64,000 nucleotides of DNA from positions 24,800-88,799 of the forward strand of contig CAISEZ010000142.1 of the NCBI GenBank assembly GCA_903884535.1, written 5' to 3'. This DNA comes from an uncultured Verrucomicrobia subdivision 3 bacterium (GTDB taxonomy: Bacteria; Verrucomicrobiota; Verrucomicrobiia; Limisphaerales; UBA11358). Position 1 is the stretch's first letter. Each line of letters opens with the position of its first letter. This document shows, piece after piece, positions 1 through 10,557 of this stretch. A program made the translations under genes and the position numbers. The notes beneath the pieces were generated by a model. It was given only the letters and a program-made list of their open reading frames with translations. It did no database searches and was not told where the DNA came from.

Positions 1-331
1 TAAACGCCAGCGGCTGGCCGGTCGCATCCACCGGCAGCGGCGTGCTGCCGGTCGTGTCCACGCCGATGCCGATGACCTGTTCAGCCTTGAAACCTTTCAC
101 GGATTTCTTCGCCGCCGCGAGCGCCTGCTTGATGGTGGTTTCCGCGCCGTTGACGTAATCGAGCGGATGCTGCCGCGCGAGATTCGGATCGCGCGACAAG
201 ATCACACCCTGCGTGCCGTGGGCGTAAGTCCACACGGCGGCGGCGACTTCCGCGCCGTTGGCGACGTTGACAATGAGGGCGCGAACCGAGTTCGTGCCGT
301 AATCCAGACCGATGGTATATTTCGCTGACAT
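1..331 (-). CDS. araB: Ribulokinase (FGGY carbohydrate kinase), 5' part only; gene runs off the left edge
   Basis: Not in ORF track. Own translation of minus strand from ATG at 331..329: MSAKYTIGLDYGTNSVRALIVNVANGAEVAAAVWTYAHGTQGVILSRDPNLARQHPLDYVNGAETTIKQALAAAKKSVKGF... GLDYGTNSVR is the FGGY/ribulokinase N-terminal motif. Last member of the araA-GH51-GH127 gene string. Confidence 0.8.
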   Translation of the reverse strand, partial: MSAKYTIGLDYGTNSVRALIVNVANGAEVAAAVWTYAHGTQGVILSRDPNLARQHPLDYVNGAETTIKQALAAAKKSVKGFKAEQVIGIGVDTTGSTPLPVDATGQPLAF

Positions 332-338
332 AAATTAA

Positions 339-2696
339 TTATTTCGCGCACAAAATGCGCAAGCCATATAAGCCGCCGGCAATGTTTCCGGAATGCGCGG
401 CGAATTTCACCGTGACCGACGGTTTGCCCTGCGTCAGCTCCGCGGCGAGCGGAAATGTGGCATCAAAAAACTCGCCGGGTTTGTTATTGTTGAGCGTTTG
501 CGTGGCGATGATTTTTCCGTCCACGAGCACATCAAATTCCCGGGCGCCCACATCGCCGCCCCAGAGCGTGCAAACCAATTCCTGCGGCTGGCCGGGCAAC
601 ACTTTCACTTGATAGCTAAACCAATCGGTGGCATGACGCCATTTGCGGCCGTAAAAATCCCCGGTCTGCGTGGCTTCCCCTTGGAACTTGTGATCGGTCT
701 CGGATTGCGGTTCGCCGGGACGGACGACATCCACCACGCGCGCCTCCGCCGCCAGGCGCCGCGCGTCGGCGGCGGCGATGTCGCCGGCCTGCGCTTTCCA
801 ATCCGTTTCGGAAATCAATTTCCAATAAACGGAATAACGCTGCCGGTGCAATTGGTAAAACGGGATCAGCGTCACGTCCGCCGGTCGGCCGATGCCGTGC
901 GTGTGGAATGTCAGCGCTTTCCTTGAAACTGGTTTGACATGCTGGAGCAATTCATCCGCCGTGGTCACCAGCATCGGTGCGGACGGCGCGGGCAGCCGGC
1001 TGAAATCTGTCTGCACCCGGGCGAACGGGACGGGCATCGAGTTCGTGCCCAGTTCACCCGCCAGCACGATCGGGCCGTAAAGCAAGGCGACTTCGTTGCT
1101 GACGCCGGGCAAAAATTCAGTGTGCAGCTTCATCGGAAAATGGATTTCAATTTTGTCACCGTCATGCCATTCGCGTGACAAGGTGAGGTAACTTCCGGGC
1201 GCGGAAACGTCCGACTGTTTTTTGCCATTGACCGAAACCAACAAGCCGGTCGTCGCCCACGCCGGATGCCGGATTTTCAACGCGAAGTTCACCGGCTTCG
1301 GTGTTTTGATTTTCAACACCGTAAGATCGCTTTCGGGAAATTTTGTTTCCTGCCGGACGACGAGACCTTTTTCTTTCCACGACAATTCCGACGCGATAAA
1401 CAAGTTGACGTAAAGCGAACCCGCGTCATGGAAATAAATCGTGTCGCCGTATTTGGAATGATTTTCCATGCCGGTGCCGACGCAGCACCAGAACGAATCT
1501 TCCGGCGTCGAATACGTTTTGAAATGTCCCGGCTTGAGCGACATCAGATAGACAAACATGCCGGTCTCCGGGTCCTGCGACGCGAGGATGTGGTTGTAAA
1601 GTCCGCGTTCGTAAAAATCCATTTTTGCCGCGTCCGGTGCAAGCGAGAACAGCTCGCGCGTCAGCTTGAGCATGTTGTAGGTGTTGCAAGTCTCGCAAGT
1701 GTCCGTGCTCAAATGTTTCGCGAAATCATTGGTCGAAAAGAAATGTTCGTGGTCGCTGTCGCCGCCGATGACGTAGGAACGATGCAGCGCAACGGAATCC
1801 CAAAATGTTGTGGCGGCGGTCAGGAATTGCGGATCGCCAGTGAGCTCGTATTCGCGCGTCGCGCCGATGATTTTCGGGATTTGCGTGTTGGCGTGCAACC
1901 GGTCCAGCTTGTCCTCGCCGCGTTCGAGCGGAGCAAAAACTTTTTGATGGTTGAAGGCTTCGGCGACCTGCAAATAATTGGTATCGCCCGTCGCTGCGTA
2001 AAGATTGGCCAGCACTTCATTCATGCCGCCCTGCTCGGCCTCGAGTGATTTCTGCATCTGCGCCGGCGACAAACGATCCACGCGGAATTTCACCCAGTCC
2101 GCCATTTTGGTCAGCACAGCCAGCGCCTGCGCGTTGCCGCAATGCTGGTTGGCATCGAGCAAGCCCGCCATGATTTTGTGCAAAGTATACCACGGCGCCC
2201 AGACCGGTTTGCCCTGCTCCACCCGGTCAATCAACGATTCGGGGAAAGCCGATAAATAACCTGCGTGAAATCCAGCGGTGGGTGAATTGCTCTGGCACTT
2301 CGCCAGTTCAGCCACGAGGTAATCCACGCGTCGCTTGAACTCCGCGTCACCGGTGGTGGCATACATCAGCGCCAGTGCCGAGAGATAATGGCCGAGGCTG
2401 TGCCCGCGCAATTCGCAATTCGGTTCTTCCCAGCCGCCGAGCGGTTTCGCACTCGAAGGCAGGCCAACGTTCACGCGGAAATTATGCAGCAGCCGGTCGG
2501 GATCCAGTGCCAGCAAATATTTCTGATCACGCAGCATTGCGTCGCGGAAGGGTCCGTCCAGCAAACGCACATCCGACATTTCAAATGGCTCGGCCACCCG
2601 CGCGACTTTCATTGCCGCCGGATCCGCCAAAGCTACGACGGCAAAGGCCAGCACGCCAATGAACGCAGCGTAAATTTTGTTAGGCACGAGTGGCAT
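339..2696 (-). CDS. GH127-like beta-L-arabinofuranosidase (DUF1680 family), secreted
   Basis: 785-aa ORF with signal-like N-terminus AAFIGVLAFAVVALA. E-x-C (DTCETCNTYNML) and CC (DSFWCCVGTGMENH) motifs as in the Zn/Cys catalytic centre of GH127. 3-nt gap to the upstream GH51 gene. Confidence 0.75.
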   Translation of the reverse strand: MPLVPNKIYAAFIGVLAFAVVALADPAAMKVARVAEPFEMSDVRLLDGPFRDAMLRDQKYLLALDPDRLLHNFRVNVGLPSSAKPLGGWEEPNCELRGHSLGHYLSALALMYATTGDAEFKRRVDYLVAELAKCQSNSPTAGFHAGYLSAFPESLIDRVEQGKPVWAPWYTLHKIMAGLLDANQHCGNAQALAVLTKMADWVKFRVDRLSPAQMQKSLEAEQGGMNEVLANLYAATGDTNYLQVAEAFNHQKVFAPLERGEDKLDRLHANTQIPKIIGATREYELTGDPQFLTAATTFWDSVALHRSYVIGGDSDHEHFFSTNDFAKHLSTDTCETCNTYNMLKLTRELFSLAPDAAKMDFYERGLYNHILASQDPETGMFVYLMSLKPGHFKTYSTPEDSFWCCVGTGMENHSKYGDTIYFHDAGSLYVNLFIASELSWKEKGLVVRQETKFPESDLTVLKIKTPKPVNFALKIRHPAWATTGLLVSVNGKKQSDVSAPGSYLTLSREWHDGDKIEIHFPMKLHTEFLPGVSNEVALLYGPIVLAGELGTNSMPVPFARVQTDFSRLPAPSAPMLVTTADELLQHVKPVSRKALTFHTHGIGRPADVTLIPFYQLHRQRYSVYWKLISETDWKAQAGDIAAADARRLAAEARVVDVVRPGEPQSETDHKFQGEATQTGDFYGRKWRHATDWFSYQVKVLPGQPQELVCTLWGGDVGAREFDVLVDGKIIATQTLNNNKPGEFFDATFPLAAELTQGKPSVTVKFAAHSGNIAGGLYGLRILCAK

Positions 2697-2699
2697 TTT

Positions 2700-5075
2700 T
2701 TATTTCGTATGCAGCCGCAGCACCGTGAAGGAATTTCCGGGGAACACACGGGTCAAACTTGTGCCGCTGTATTCAACCGGCTCGGATTTCGGCGAAACTT
2801 TGGTTGGTTCCGCCAAAGAATTTTCATCCACGCCGCTGGCCGAGGTCAGCACGGTGGCTGTGCCCTTGCCGGTCAGATTGTTCGCGCCGGACAAATCGAG
2901 CTGCGTTTCGAGCGGCTGGGTGCCGGCGTTGACGACTTTCACAATTACATCGCCGGTCTTGTCTTCGTGCGACGCGCAGGCGTAAAGGCTCCTGACGCTG
3001 CCGGCCTTTTCAAATTCCACATCGTGAACCAGCTTGCCATCCAAATAGCATTTCACATTGCCGCCGTTGACCACGAGTTTGATGTCATACCAGCGGCCCG
3101 TCTCGATGTGGCTCGGCTTGCGATCCAGGGTTTCGCCAAACTCGATGCCGTCGGTTGAATTTTCCCAGCCGCCAATGTTCCACCAATTGCGGGCATCGTC
3201 GCTGGCGACGTGAAACAAAATCAAAAAGCCTTCGCGGCCGGAAATTTTCCGCGCCTTGAGCGTGAAGGTGTAATTCGTCCAGCTACGCTCGCCGGCGAGC
3301 GCGCGGACGTTTTCCTTCTCGGCCGTTTCCCGCATCGCGCCGTCTTTCACCGTCCACGCGCCGTTGCCCAATTTTTGCCAATCATTGGTTCCGCTGCTCA
3401 AATCGGGTTGCAACAAAACCGTTCCGTCCGGCGCGGTCACTTTCATGTCCTTGAATTCCGCCGCGGTGTTCCAAGTGCCCACGCCGACCTGACCCCGACT
3501 CTTTTCCACTTCAGCCATCGGCGACGCCACCGTCACCGGCAAAACCTCGTCGCCGCGATTCGCGCTGAACATCTGCTGCACAAAATACCCAGGCAAACCA
3601 TACCAGTTCGCGCTGTCGAAATTGATGAGGTCCGGATTCCAAGCGCGATGGTTTAAATTCACGAGCAGCGGCGCGTAGCTAGCGAGCGTCACAACGTCGG
3701 AATTCCGTTCCATGCCGGTCATGAACGCCGCCTCGCCGATGGCTGCGCGCAAATTGCCCTTGCCGGCATTTTGCGTGACCGCGTATTCGCCGATGAAAAT
3801 TTTCGGCCCGGTGCGGTCGTAGCTGTCATACTGGTCAGCTCGGCGCATGAACGATTCCGGCGTTTCGTAATAATGTTCGTCCACGATGTCCGCCGGCGGC
3901 GATTTCGGAAACGGCCGGCCGCGTAAATCTGTGTTCATGATAAATTGCAGATACGGATATTTTTCGCGCAGGGGATTCACCAGCAGCGGCCAGCGCTCAA
4001 CATAATCCGGCCCGCCGTTTTCGTTGCCGATTTCAATGTATTTCAAATTGAACGGTGTGGGATGGCCCATCGTCGCGCGGCGGCCGCCCCAAATGGAATT
4101 AGTCGGACCGTTCGCAAATTCCACCGCGTCGAGCGCGTCCTGCACCCATTGATCCATACGGTCCAGCGGGATGGTTTCCTTGTGCGAAATGCCGACGTTG
4201 ATGTCGAACAGTGGCTCCGCGCCGAGGTCTTCGGCCATCTGGAGATATTCGTAAAAACCCAGTCCGTGCGTGGCGTAATAACCCCAGATATTCCAGAGCG
4301 GCGTGCGCGTATCAATATTACCGACGGTATTTTTCCAATGGTTCATGTGCGCAAAATCATCGCCCTCCACCCAGCAGCCGCCAGGAAAACGCAGGAACGA
4401 CGGATGCAAACCCGCGAGCGATTCTGCGAGGTCGGGCCGCAGGCCGTGATCTTTCCACGTTTTTTTTGGCAGCAGCGAAACCATGTCGAGGAACAAAACG
4501 CTTTTGCCGTCGCCGGAAATTTCCAGCTTCGCTTTCGGATCGCTGCCAGTCGCGGTCAAGTCCAGCGTGTGATATTTCCAGCCATTGCCGATGTTGGAAA
4601 TGTCGCCGCTTGCTAGAACTTCGTCGGAGGTGCTCAAAATTTTCGCGGTGAGCTTGCCGTCAAACTTTTCGCCGCGCGCGGCCAGTTTCAGCGTGTAGCC
4701 ATCGCCGGAAACAATGTTCATGCCCCAATAGCCGTCATTCTCCACCGAAAAATCTCCGGCTGTTTTCAGGCGGAGCGATTTTCGGTTGAAAGGATTCAGC
4801 GGCTTGCTCTCATCAATCGTCGCCTCCGCGCCGGTGATTTTCCAACTCTCCGGTTTGTCCGCATCCTCGAAGGAACGGTTGCGCACGAGCTCGGGATAAA
4901 TGCCGCCGTCGGCGGACAGATTGATGTCCTCGAAGAAAATGCCCCACAGCGTCGGCGAAATTTTATGGCCGGGCTGATCCATGGCCACGAAAATTTTCGC
5001 CGGCTGCGCGTTCAGGGAAATGGCCGCGGCCAAAATTCCGGCGACCAGCCACCTGTGCAATTCCATTTTTCTCAT
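2700..5075 (-). CDS. Alpha-L-arabinofuranosidase, GH51-like catalytic domain with N-terminal carbohydrate-binding-like domain, secreted
   Basis: 791-aa ORF with signal peptide MRKMELHRWLVAGILAAAISLNA. YIEIGNENGG (GNE acid/base-type motif) and KIFIGEYAV (nucleophile-type Glu). Operon context with araA/araB. Confidence 0.75.
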   Translation of the reverse strand: MRKMELHRWLVAGILAAAISLNAQPAKIFVAMDQPGHKISPTLWGIFFEDINLSADGGIYPELVRNRSFEDADKPESWKITGAEATIDESKPLNPFNRKSLRLKTAGDFSVENDGYWGMNIVSGDGYTLKLAARGEKFDGKLTAKILSTSDEVLASGDISNIGNGWKYHTLDLTATGSDPKAKLEISGDGKSVLFLDMVSLLPKKTWKDHGLRPDLAESLAGLHPSFLRFPGGCWVEGDDFAHMNHWKNTVGNIDTRTPLWNIWGYYATHGLGFYEYLQMAEDLGAEPLFDINVGISHKETIPLDRMDQWVQDALDAVEFANGPTNSIWGGRRATMGHPTPFNLKYIEIGNENGGPDYVERWPLLVNPLREKYPYLQFIMNTDLRGRPFPKSPPADIVDEHYYETPESFMRRADQYDSYDRTGPKIFIGEYAVTQNAGKGNLRAAIGEAAFMTGMERNSDVVTLASYAPLLVNLNHRAWNPDLINFDSANWYGLPGYFVQQMFSANRGDEVLPVTVASPMAEVEKSRGQVGVGTWNTAAEFKDMKVTAPDGTVLLQPDLSSGTNDWQKLGNGAWTVKDGAMRETAEKENVRALAGERSWTNYTFTLKARKISGREGFLILFHVASDDARNWWNIGGWENSTDGIEFGETLDRKPSHIETGRWYDIKLVVNGGNVKCYLDGKLVHDVEFEKAGSVRSLYACASHEDKTGDVIVKVVNAGTQPLETQLDLSGANNLTGKGTATVLTSASGVDENSLAEPTKVSPKSEPVEYSGTSLTRVFPGNSFTVLRLHTK

Positions 5076-5113
5076 GCGAACAAATTTTCTTTGAGAATTT
5101 TACCGATTTGAGT

Positions 5114-6628
5114 TTAGGCCGCCCAGCCGCCCTTCAAACCGTAGGCGCAGTCGTTCCACGTCAGTTCCTGTTTGAACTGGCGCAGCTTGGTGTCCGCGTC
5201 AATCACGACGACTTCGATGCCGGCCATTGCGCCGAAATCTTCGAGCATCTCGGTCGTGACCGCCTGACTGAAGCCGGTGTGATGCGCGCCGCCCGCATAA
5301 ATCCACGCCGCGCACGCATCCTCGAAATTTGGACGGCACTTCCAAACCGCTTGCGCCACGGGCAGTTTCGGCATCGAATGTTCCGGCGCGACGCAATCCA
5401 CTTCGTTGATGAGCAGACGAAAACGGTTGCCGAAATCCATCAGCGACGCATTCACCGCCGCGCCCGCCGGCGTGTTGAATACCAGCCGCGCCGGATCCGC
5501 CTTGCCGCCGATGCCGAGCGGATGCACTTGCAAGGAAACTTTTCCGTCTGCGATGGATGGACAGATTTCCAGCATGTGCGCACCGAGCACCAGCTTGTTG
5601 CCGGGCTGCAAATGGTAGGTGTAATCCTCCATGAACGACGTGCCACCTTTGAGTCCGCTGGCCATGACTTTCATGGCGCGGACCAGCGCGGCGGTTTTCC
5701 AATCGCCTTCACCGCCAAAGCCAAAACCTGCGGCCATCATGCGCTGCGAACCAACGCCCGGCAATTGCGCGAGGCCGTGCAAATCTTCAAACGTGTCGGT
5801 GTAGCCTTTGAAACCGCCGGCGGTGAGAAACTGCTCGATTCCCAATTCGATGCGCGCGGCTTCGCGGATGGATTTGTGGCGCTTGCCGCCTTTGCGCAAG
5901 TCGGCGGACATTTCGTAAATCGCCTCGTAGTTTTTGCATAGGGCGTCCACTTCCTTTTCAGTGACGGCGTTGACCACTTTCACCAGATCACCGACGCCGT
6001 GAGTGTTGACGGAGAAACCAAATTTAAACTGCGCGGAAACTTTGTCGCCGTCGGTCACGGCCACTTCGCGCATGTTGTCGCCGAAGCGCACAAACTTCGC
6101 GGTCTGCCAGTCGGCCCACGCCGCGGCGGCGCGCGCCCACGCGCCGAGTTTTTCCTGCGTGGATTTTTCCTGCCAGAAACCGACAACGACCTTGCGGCTC
6201 AACCGCAGCCGGCTCCAGATGAAACCGTGTTCGCGGTCGCCGTGCGCGGCCTGATTCATGTTCATGAAATCCATGTCGATCGTCGCCCACGGAATGTCGC
6301 GGTTGTATTGCGTATGCAGATGCGCCACCGGTTTGCGCAATTGTTTCAGGCCGTTGATCCACATCTTTGACGGCGAAAACGTGTGGCACCAGGTGATGAG
6401 ACCGATGCACTTCGCCGCGTTGTTCGCCGCCTGGCACAATTCCGTGATCGCGTCCGGCGAAACCATCACCGGCTTGAACACGACTTTTACCGGAATCGCC
6501 GGCGACGCGCCGAGCGCCTTGGCGATTTCCTGCGAATGCAGCGCGACGGCTTTCAGCGTTTCTGGTCCATAAAGATGCTGGCTGCCGGTGACAAACCAGA
6601 CTTCGAGTTGTTTCAGATTAATGTTCAT
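5114..6628 (-). CDS. araA: L-arabinose isomerase
   Basis: 504-aa ORF starting [25 protein letters not shown]..., the length and N-terminus typical of AraA. First gene of the arabinose operon. Confidence 0.9.
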   Translation of the reverse strand: MNINLKQLEVWFVTGSQHLYGPETLKAVALHSQEIAKALGASPAIPVKVVFKPVMVSPDAITELCQAANNAAKCIGLITWCHTFSPSKMWINGLKQLRKPVAHLHTQYNRDIPWATIDMDFMNMNQAAHGDREHGFIWSRLRLSRKVVVGFWQEKSTQEKLGAWARAAAAWADWQTAKFVRFGDNMREVAVTDGDKVSAQFKFGFSVNTHGVGDLVKVVNAVTEKEVDALCKNYEAIYEMSADLRKGGKRHKSIREAARIELGIEQFLTAGGFKGYTDTFEDLHGLAQLPGVGSQRMMAAGFGFGGEGDWKTAALVRAMKVMASGLKGGTSFMEDYTYHLQPGNKLVLGAHMLEICPSIADGKVSLQVHPLGIGGKADPARLVFNTPAGAAVNASLMDFGNRFRLLINEVDCVAPEHSMPKLPVAQAVWKCRPNFEDACAAWIYAGGAHHTGFSQAVTTEMLEDFGAMAGIEVVVIDADTKLRQFKQELTWNDCAYGLKGGWAA

Positions 6629-6731
6629 AAATTAAATTTGTTGGGCGCGCTGCGGCGTCTGCTGTGTCGTTTTTCTAATTGTTAATGCGATAATTTGAAC
6701 GGTTATCCGCCAATAAAGTTGCCGCGATATT

Positions 6732-7922
6732 TCAAGCCGCCGGTTTTTTGCCGCGGGAAATTTTCGGTTCAGCCTCCGGCACGACCAGTTGATCGAGCCC
6801 GACGGCGACCAGCCCGGCGGTGCGGTGGCGCGGGGCGCTGACACATTCAATTTCACCAAAGCGCGCCCACATCGCGCCATCCCGGATCGCCTTGGAAAAA
6901 TGCTGCAGCACCGCCGGCGGCAGCTCCGTCAAATTGCCGGTGACCACCACCCGCCGCAAACCGAGGACGTTGAGCGCCGCCGCAATGGCCACGGCCGCCG
7001 CGTCCAGCGATTGCGCGAGCCATGGTTCCACGCCCGTTTCGGCCAGATGATTTTGCAACGCCGCCCAACTTTTCGTTTTGCCCGGTTGCGCGGCGGAAAA
7101 ACTTTTCAACAGCCCCGCCGTGGACATCAAGGTTTCCACGCAGCCGACCGCGCCGCAGCCGCAACGCCGCGAGTTGCCCAGCACCGGCGTGTGGCCGAAT
7201 TCGCCGCTGATGGGCAGCGGATGCGTCAACGGCTTGCCGCCGACGATGACCGCGCCGCCGACGCCCTCGCCAAAATCCGCGAGCAGAAAATCTTCGTGGT
7301 CGAGATGATGGCTGTGATAGCCGAGCGCCAGGGCGCGCTCCTCCTGCACCAGCAGCACCGGCGCGTCCCAGATTTTGCCGATCCGCGCGCACAAATCCGC
7401 CGACTCGCTCCAATGGATGTTCGGCGAAAACAAAATGCGGCGGGCGGCTTCATCCACAATGCCGGGGACGCTCAGCACCACCCCGAGAAATTTTTTAGAA
7501 TGCAACTGACGCGCGACCGAACGTAATTGTTTTTCCCAGGCCGCCGCCGGATTCTCCGTGGTGGTGGCCTGCGGAAACGAAAACTGCCAGTCGCTTTCGT
7601 CGCCGGCGCCGAGCGGGAGTTCCGCCAACCGGGTTTCGTGAACGCCGAGCTGGATGCCGAGAAAACTGGGCTGTGACCGGTTCAACCGCAACTGCCGGCC
7701 GGGCCGGCCCAGCCGTGCCGCGCCGCGCCCGTTGTTTTCCAGCACGTCCACCTCTTCCAAAATCTCCTGCGCCAGCAATTCGTCCACGATTTTTCCTGCC
7801 GTCGGCTGGCTCATGCCGAGCGCCCGCGCCAGCCCGGCGCGCGACGCCACGCCGTCTTTCCGCAACTGGCGGATCAGGGCGCGCTTGTTCAGCCGGCCCA
7901 TGCGTGACGGGGAAAAAATCAT
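6732..7922 (-). CDS. ROK-family transcriptional regulator (wHTH + sugar-kinase-like domain)
   Basis: 396-aa ORF. N-terminal HTH SRAGLARALGMSQPTAGKIVDELL and ROK zinc motif CGCGAVGCVETL. Sits immediately upstream of the arabinose operon. Confidence 0.8.
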   Translation of the reverse strand: MIFSPSRMGRLNKRALIRQLRKDGVASRAGLARALGMSQPTAGKIVDELLAQEILEEVDVLENNGRGAARLGRPGRQLRLNRSQPSFLGIQLGVHETRLAELPLGAGDESDWQFSFPQATTTENPAAAWEKQLRSVARQLHSKKFLGVVLSVPGIVDEAARRILFSPNIHWSESADLCARIGKIWDAPVLLVQEERALALGYHSHHLDHEDFLLADFGEGVGGAVIVGGKPLTHPLPISGEFGHTPVLGNSRRCGCGAVGCVETLMSTAGLLKSFSAAQPGKTKSWAALQNHLAETGVEPWLAQSLDAAAVAIAAALNVLGLRRVVVTGNLTELPPAVLQHFSKAIRDGAMWARFGEIECVSAPRHRTAGLVAVGLDQLVVPEAEPKISRGKKPAA

Positions 7923-8063
7923 TTAATTAATAAAACTACGAAAGTCCCCCACCCGTCAAGTTTCTTCCACAAAAATTTCATTTTGAACCGCGCCGCCTGC
8001 GGCCGGTCAAATGACAGTTGCGCCACCGGGCGAAAAATGAAATCGTCTGGTTTAGTTTTCACC

Positions 8064-8918
8064 ATGAAAAAAATCATCGTCCTTGTCCTCGTCGCCGTGG
8101 CGACCGGCTTCACGGCCGTCGCCCAGACCAATAACGCCACTCAAACCCAGCTCCAAGCCCTCGTCCAAAAAATCGAGGACAAGCTTCAGGCGGGCAAAAA
8201 TACCGAGGCGGATTTGACCGGCGAGTTGAAAAGCTTTGACGGACTCGTCGCCGCCCAAAACGGTGCGAAGACCGACGAGGTAGCGCAGATTATTTTCATG
8301 AAGGCGATGCTTTACATCGAGGTGCTCAAAAACAAGGACAAAGGCGTCGAACTCATCAAGCAGATCAAGGTGAATTATCCCGACACCAAATACGGCCAGA
8401 GGGCCGATCAGATCCTGGCGTCCATCGCCAAACAGGCCGACGAGGCCAGGGCAAGACAGACCGAAGCCGAAAAGGCGCAAGACGCGATGTTCGCCGCCGG
8501 CAAACCCTTTCCCGATTTCGCCGTGTCGGGCTTGGACGGCAAACCGCTGTCCGTCGGCGCGCTCAAGGGCAAAGTCGTTATGGTGGATTTCTGGGCGACA
8601 TGGTGCGGTCCCTGCCGCGGCGAACTGCCGAATGTTATCGCTACCTACAAAAAACACCATGCTGGTGGCTTTGAGATCATTGGCGTGAGCCTGGATTCCG
8701 ACCGCGACAAGCTGGACGCTTTTCTGAAAAAGACCGCCGGCATGACTTGGCCGCAGTTTTTTGACGGTAAGGGCTGGCAAAACGAACTTGCCGTGAAATA
8801 TGGTGTGCAATCCATACCCTTCGCCGTGCTCATCGGCCCCGACGGCAACATCCTCGGCAAAGATCTGCGCGGTGAAGAACTGGAAAATGCCGTGGCCGCG
8901 GCGCTCGCCAAAAAATAA
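8064..8918 (+). CDS. TlpA/ResA-like thiol:disulfide oxidoreductase with N-terminal helical domain, exported
   Basis: ORF 7983..8918. I prefer the ATG at 8064 (MKKIIVLVLVAVATGFTAVAQ signal peptide). Thioredoxin motif FWATWCGPCRGELP. Confidence 0.8.
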   Translation: MKKIIVLVLVAVATGFTAVAQTNNATQTQLQALVQKIEDKLQAGKNTEADLTGELKSFDGLVAAQNGAKTDEVAQIIFMKAMLYIEVLKNKDKGVELIKQIKVNYPDTKYGQRADQILASIAKQADEARARQTEAEKAQDAMFAAGKPFPDFAVSGLDGKPLSVGALKGKVVMVDFWATWCGPCRGELPNVIATYKKHHAGGFEIIGVSLDSDRDKLDAFLKKTAGMTWPQFFDGKGWQNELAVKYGVQSIPFAVLIGPDGNILGKDLRGEELENAVAAALAKK

Positions 8919-8920
8919 CG

Positions 8921-9568
8921 TCAGCTTAATTTGTCGCCGCACTCGGGACAAAATTTCGCGCCGGGTGCAATTTCGGCGGAACATTTCGGACATTGCGTCT
9001 GCACGGCAAGCTTGAACCCGCATTCGGGACAAAATTTTGCGCCATGCGTTTCCGCCTTGCACTGGGGACAGACCAATTGCCGGTCGCGTTTGACATCAAT
9101 CTGCGCCCCGCGCGCCTTGCCTTCAAGCTCCGCCGCTTCGCGGACGGCCGCTACTTCGCCGGCCGCGCGGGCGGCGTCAACTTCCACCTCGGCATCCGGC
9201 GCGCAATCGCGGCATAAACCTTTGGCGGTGTTCCAACAGGTGTCGCAGGCAAACTTCATGCAGCGCGCGCAGCGATGAAAATGTTTCTGGGCCTGCTCGA
9301 TGGCGGCGGCGAAAGCCGCGTCATGCGCCTTGCCATAACCGGCCTGCGCCAGACCTTCGGCGGCGGTGCTGGCCTCGCGCAAAATCCCGCCGAACATTCC
9401 CGCCGCCTTGCCGATCCAACTCGACGTCTGCTCGCCGCGATAGGGCACAAAGTCCGACCGCCAGGCGTCCTGGCAGCGCTCGCAGTTGAATTCAAATTGG
9501 AAGCCGGAATTGGCCCCGCTCTGCACCGAATGATCCCGGAAGTTCTTGCTGAATTTGATTTCGCTCAT
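8921..9568 (-). CDS. Multi-zinc-ribbon protein of unknown function
   Basis: 215-aa ORF with seven CxxC pairs, including the tandem ribbons CPQCKAETHGAKFCPECG and CPKCSAEIAPGAKFCPECG at the C-terminus. Confidence 0.5.
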   Translation of the reverse strand: MSEIKFSKNFRDHSVQSGANSGFQFEFNCERCQDAWRSDFVPYRGEQTSSWIGKAAGMFGGILREASTAAEGLAQAGYGKAHDAAFAAAIEQAQKHFHRCARCMKFACDTCWNTAKGLCRDCAPDAEVEVDAARAAGEVAAVREAAELEGKARGAQIDVKRDRQLVCPQCKAETHGAKFCPECGFKLAVQTQCPKCSAEIAPGAKFCPECGDKLS

Positions 9569-9636
9569 GGCTGGATTCTCATGGATGGTTGTTTCGATTC
9601 TTAAACCAAACTTTTACGGCGGCAACCTAAAAATAT

Positions 9637-10434
9637 TTACGAACTCGCGCTCGTGTATTTGCGGAGGGACACCCGCCAGAACCATTCCGACAGGACCGCC
9701 CACATCACGCCCACACCGAGCAGCAGCAGCCACGAATGCCACGAGACGAGCGTATTCGCCAACACGCGCGTCGGCACATTGGAGACCAGCAGCACCGGCA
9801 ATGCAAACGTGAAAACCGCTCTGAACGCCCCGTGAAACGCCTCGTCCGGCATCCGCGCGATGTTGAATAGATTGTAGTAGCCCCAGACGATGCCCTGCGC
9901 CCGCACCGTCCAGAAGCTGATTGCCGCCAGCATGAACATCAGCGAATAATGGATCAGCACGCCCACGCCGCACAACGCGCCGAAGCCGAGCACCTGCCAC
10001 AACGTCGGATGCAGTTCCGCCTTGTGCGCCGCAAAGATCATCACACATAAGCCAAACGCCGCGTTGACGAACGCGCCCAAATCCACCACGCGCAGTGAAA
10101 TGATGAAGCGCGTGTTGATGGGCAGCGCCAGCAGGAAATCCATCTTGCCCGTGCGCACCAGTTCCGAAAGGTTCGTGCAGTTCGTCAGAAAGAACGCCTG
10201 ATAAATCTGCTGGATGAAATTGCTCGCGCCCACGAGCATGACCATCTGCCATTTTGTCCATGAGCCGATGGCATTGGTCTGCGAGAAGACCACGGAAACG
10301 AAACTCAATTGCAAACCGAACCAAAGCAGCTCCACGATGATCCACAGGATGAAATTGCCCTTGAACGACATCTCGCGCGACACGGAATTCTTCCAGAGCG
10401 CGGCGTAAATGGTGGCGTAACGTTTCAGGTTCAT
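9637..10434 (-). CDS. ABC-2 family transporter permease (COG3694/COG4587-like), no cognate ATPase adjacent
   Basis: 265-aa polytopic membrane ORF. RTGKMDFLLALPINTRF resembles the conserved G-x-LD-x-LL-x-P block of ABC2_membrane_6-type permeases as I recall it. Confidence 0.65.
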   Translation of the reverse strand: MNLKRYATIYAALWKNSVSREMSFKGNFILWIIVELLWFGLQLSFVSVVFSQTNAIGSWTKWQMVMLVGASNFIQQIYQAFFLTNCTNLSELVRTGKMDFLLALPINTRFIISLRVVDLGAFVNAAFGLCVMIFAAHKAELHPTLWQVLGFGALCGVGVLIHYSLMFMLAAISFWTVRAQGIVWGYYNLFNIARMPDEAFHGAFRAVFTFALPVLLVSNVPTRVLANTLVSWHSWLLLLGVGVMWAVLSEWFWRVSLRKYTSASS

Positions 10435-10500
10435 GGCAACCGCGCCACCCTAACCCATCCGGCAAACGCCGTCCACCAATTCGGAGGCAACGCAGGATGG

Positions 10501-10540
10501 AAATAAAAAACCGGCGGGAGGAATCGCTTCATCCCGCCGG
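10501..10540 (-). terminator. Intrinsic terminator downstream of ilvB
   Basis: Minus strand: CCGGCGGGA-12 nt loop-TCCCGCCGG followed by TTTTTTATTT, 17 nt after the ilvB stop codon. Confidence 0.75.
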
Positions 10541-10557
10541 TTGATATTTTTTAGATT

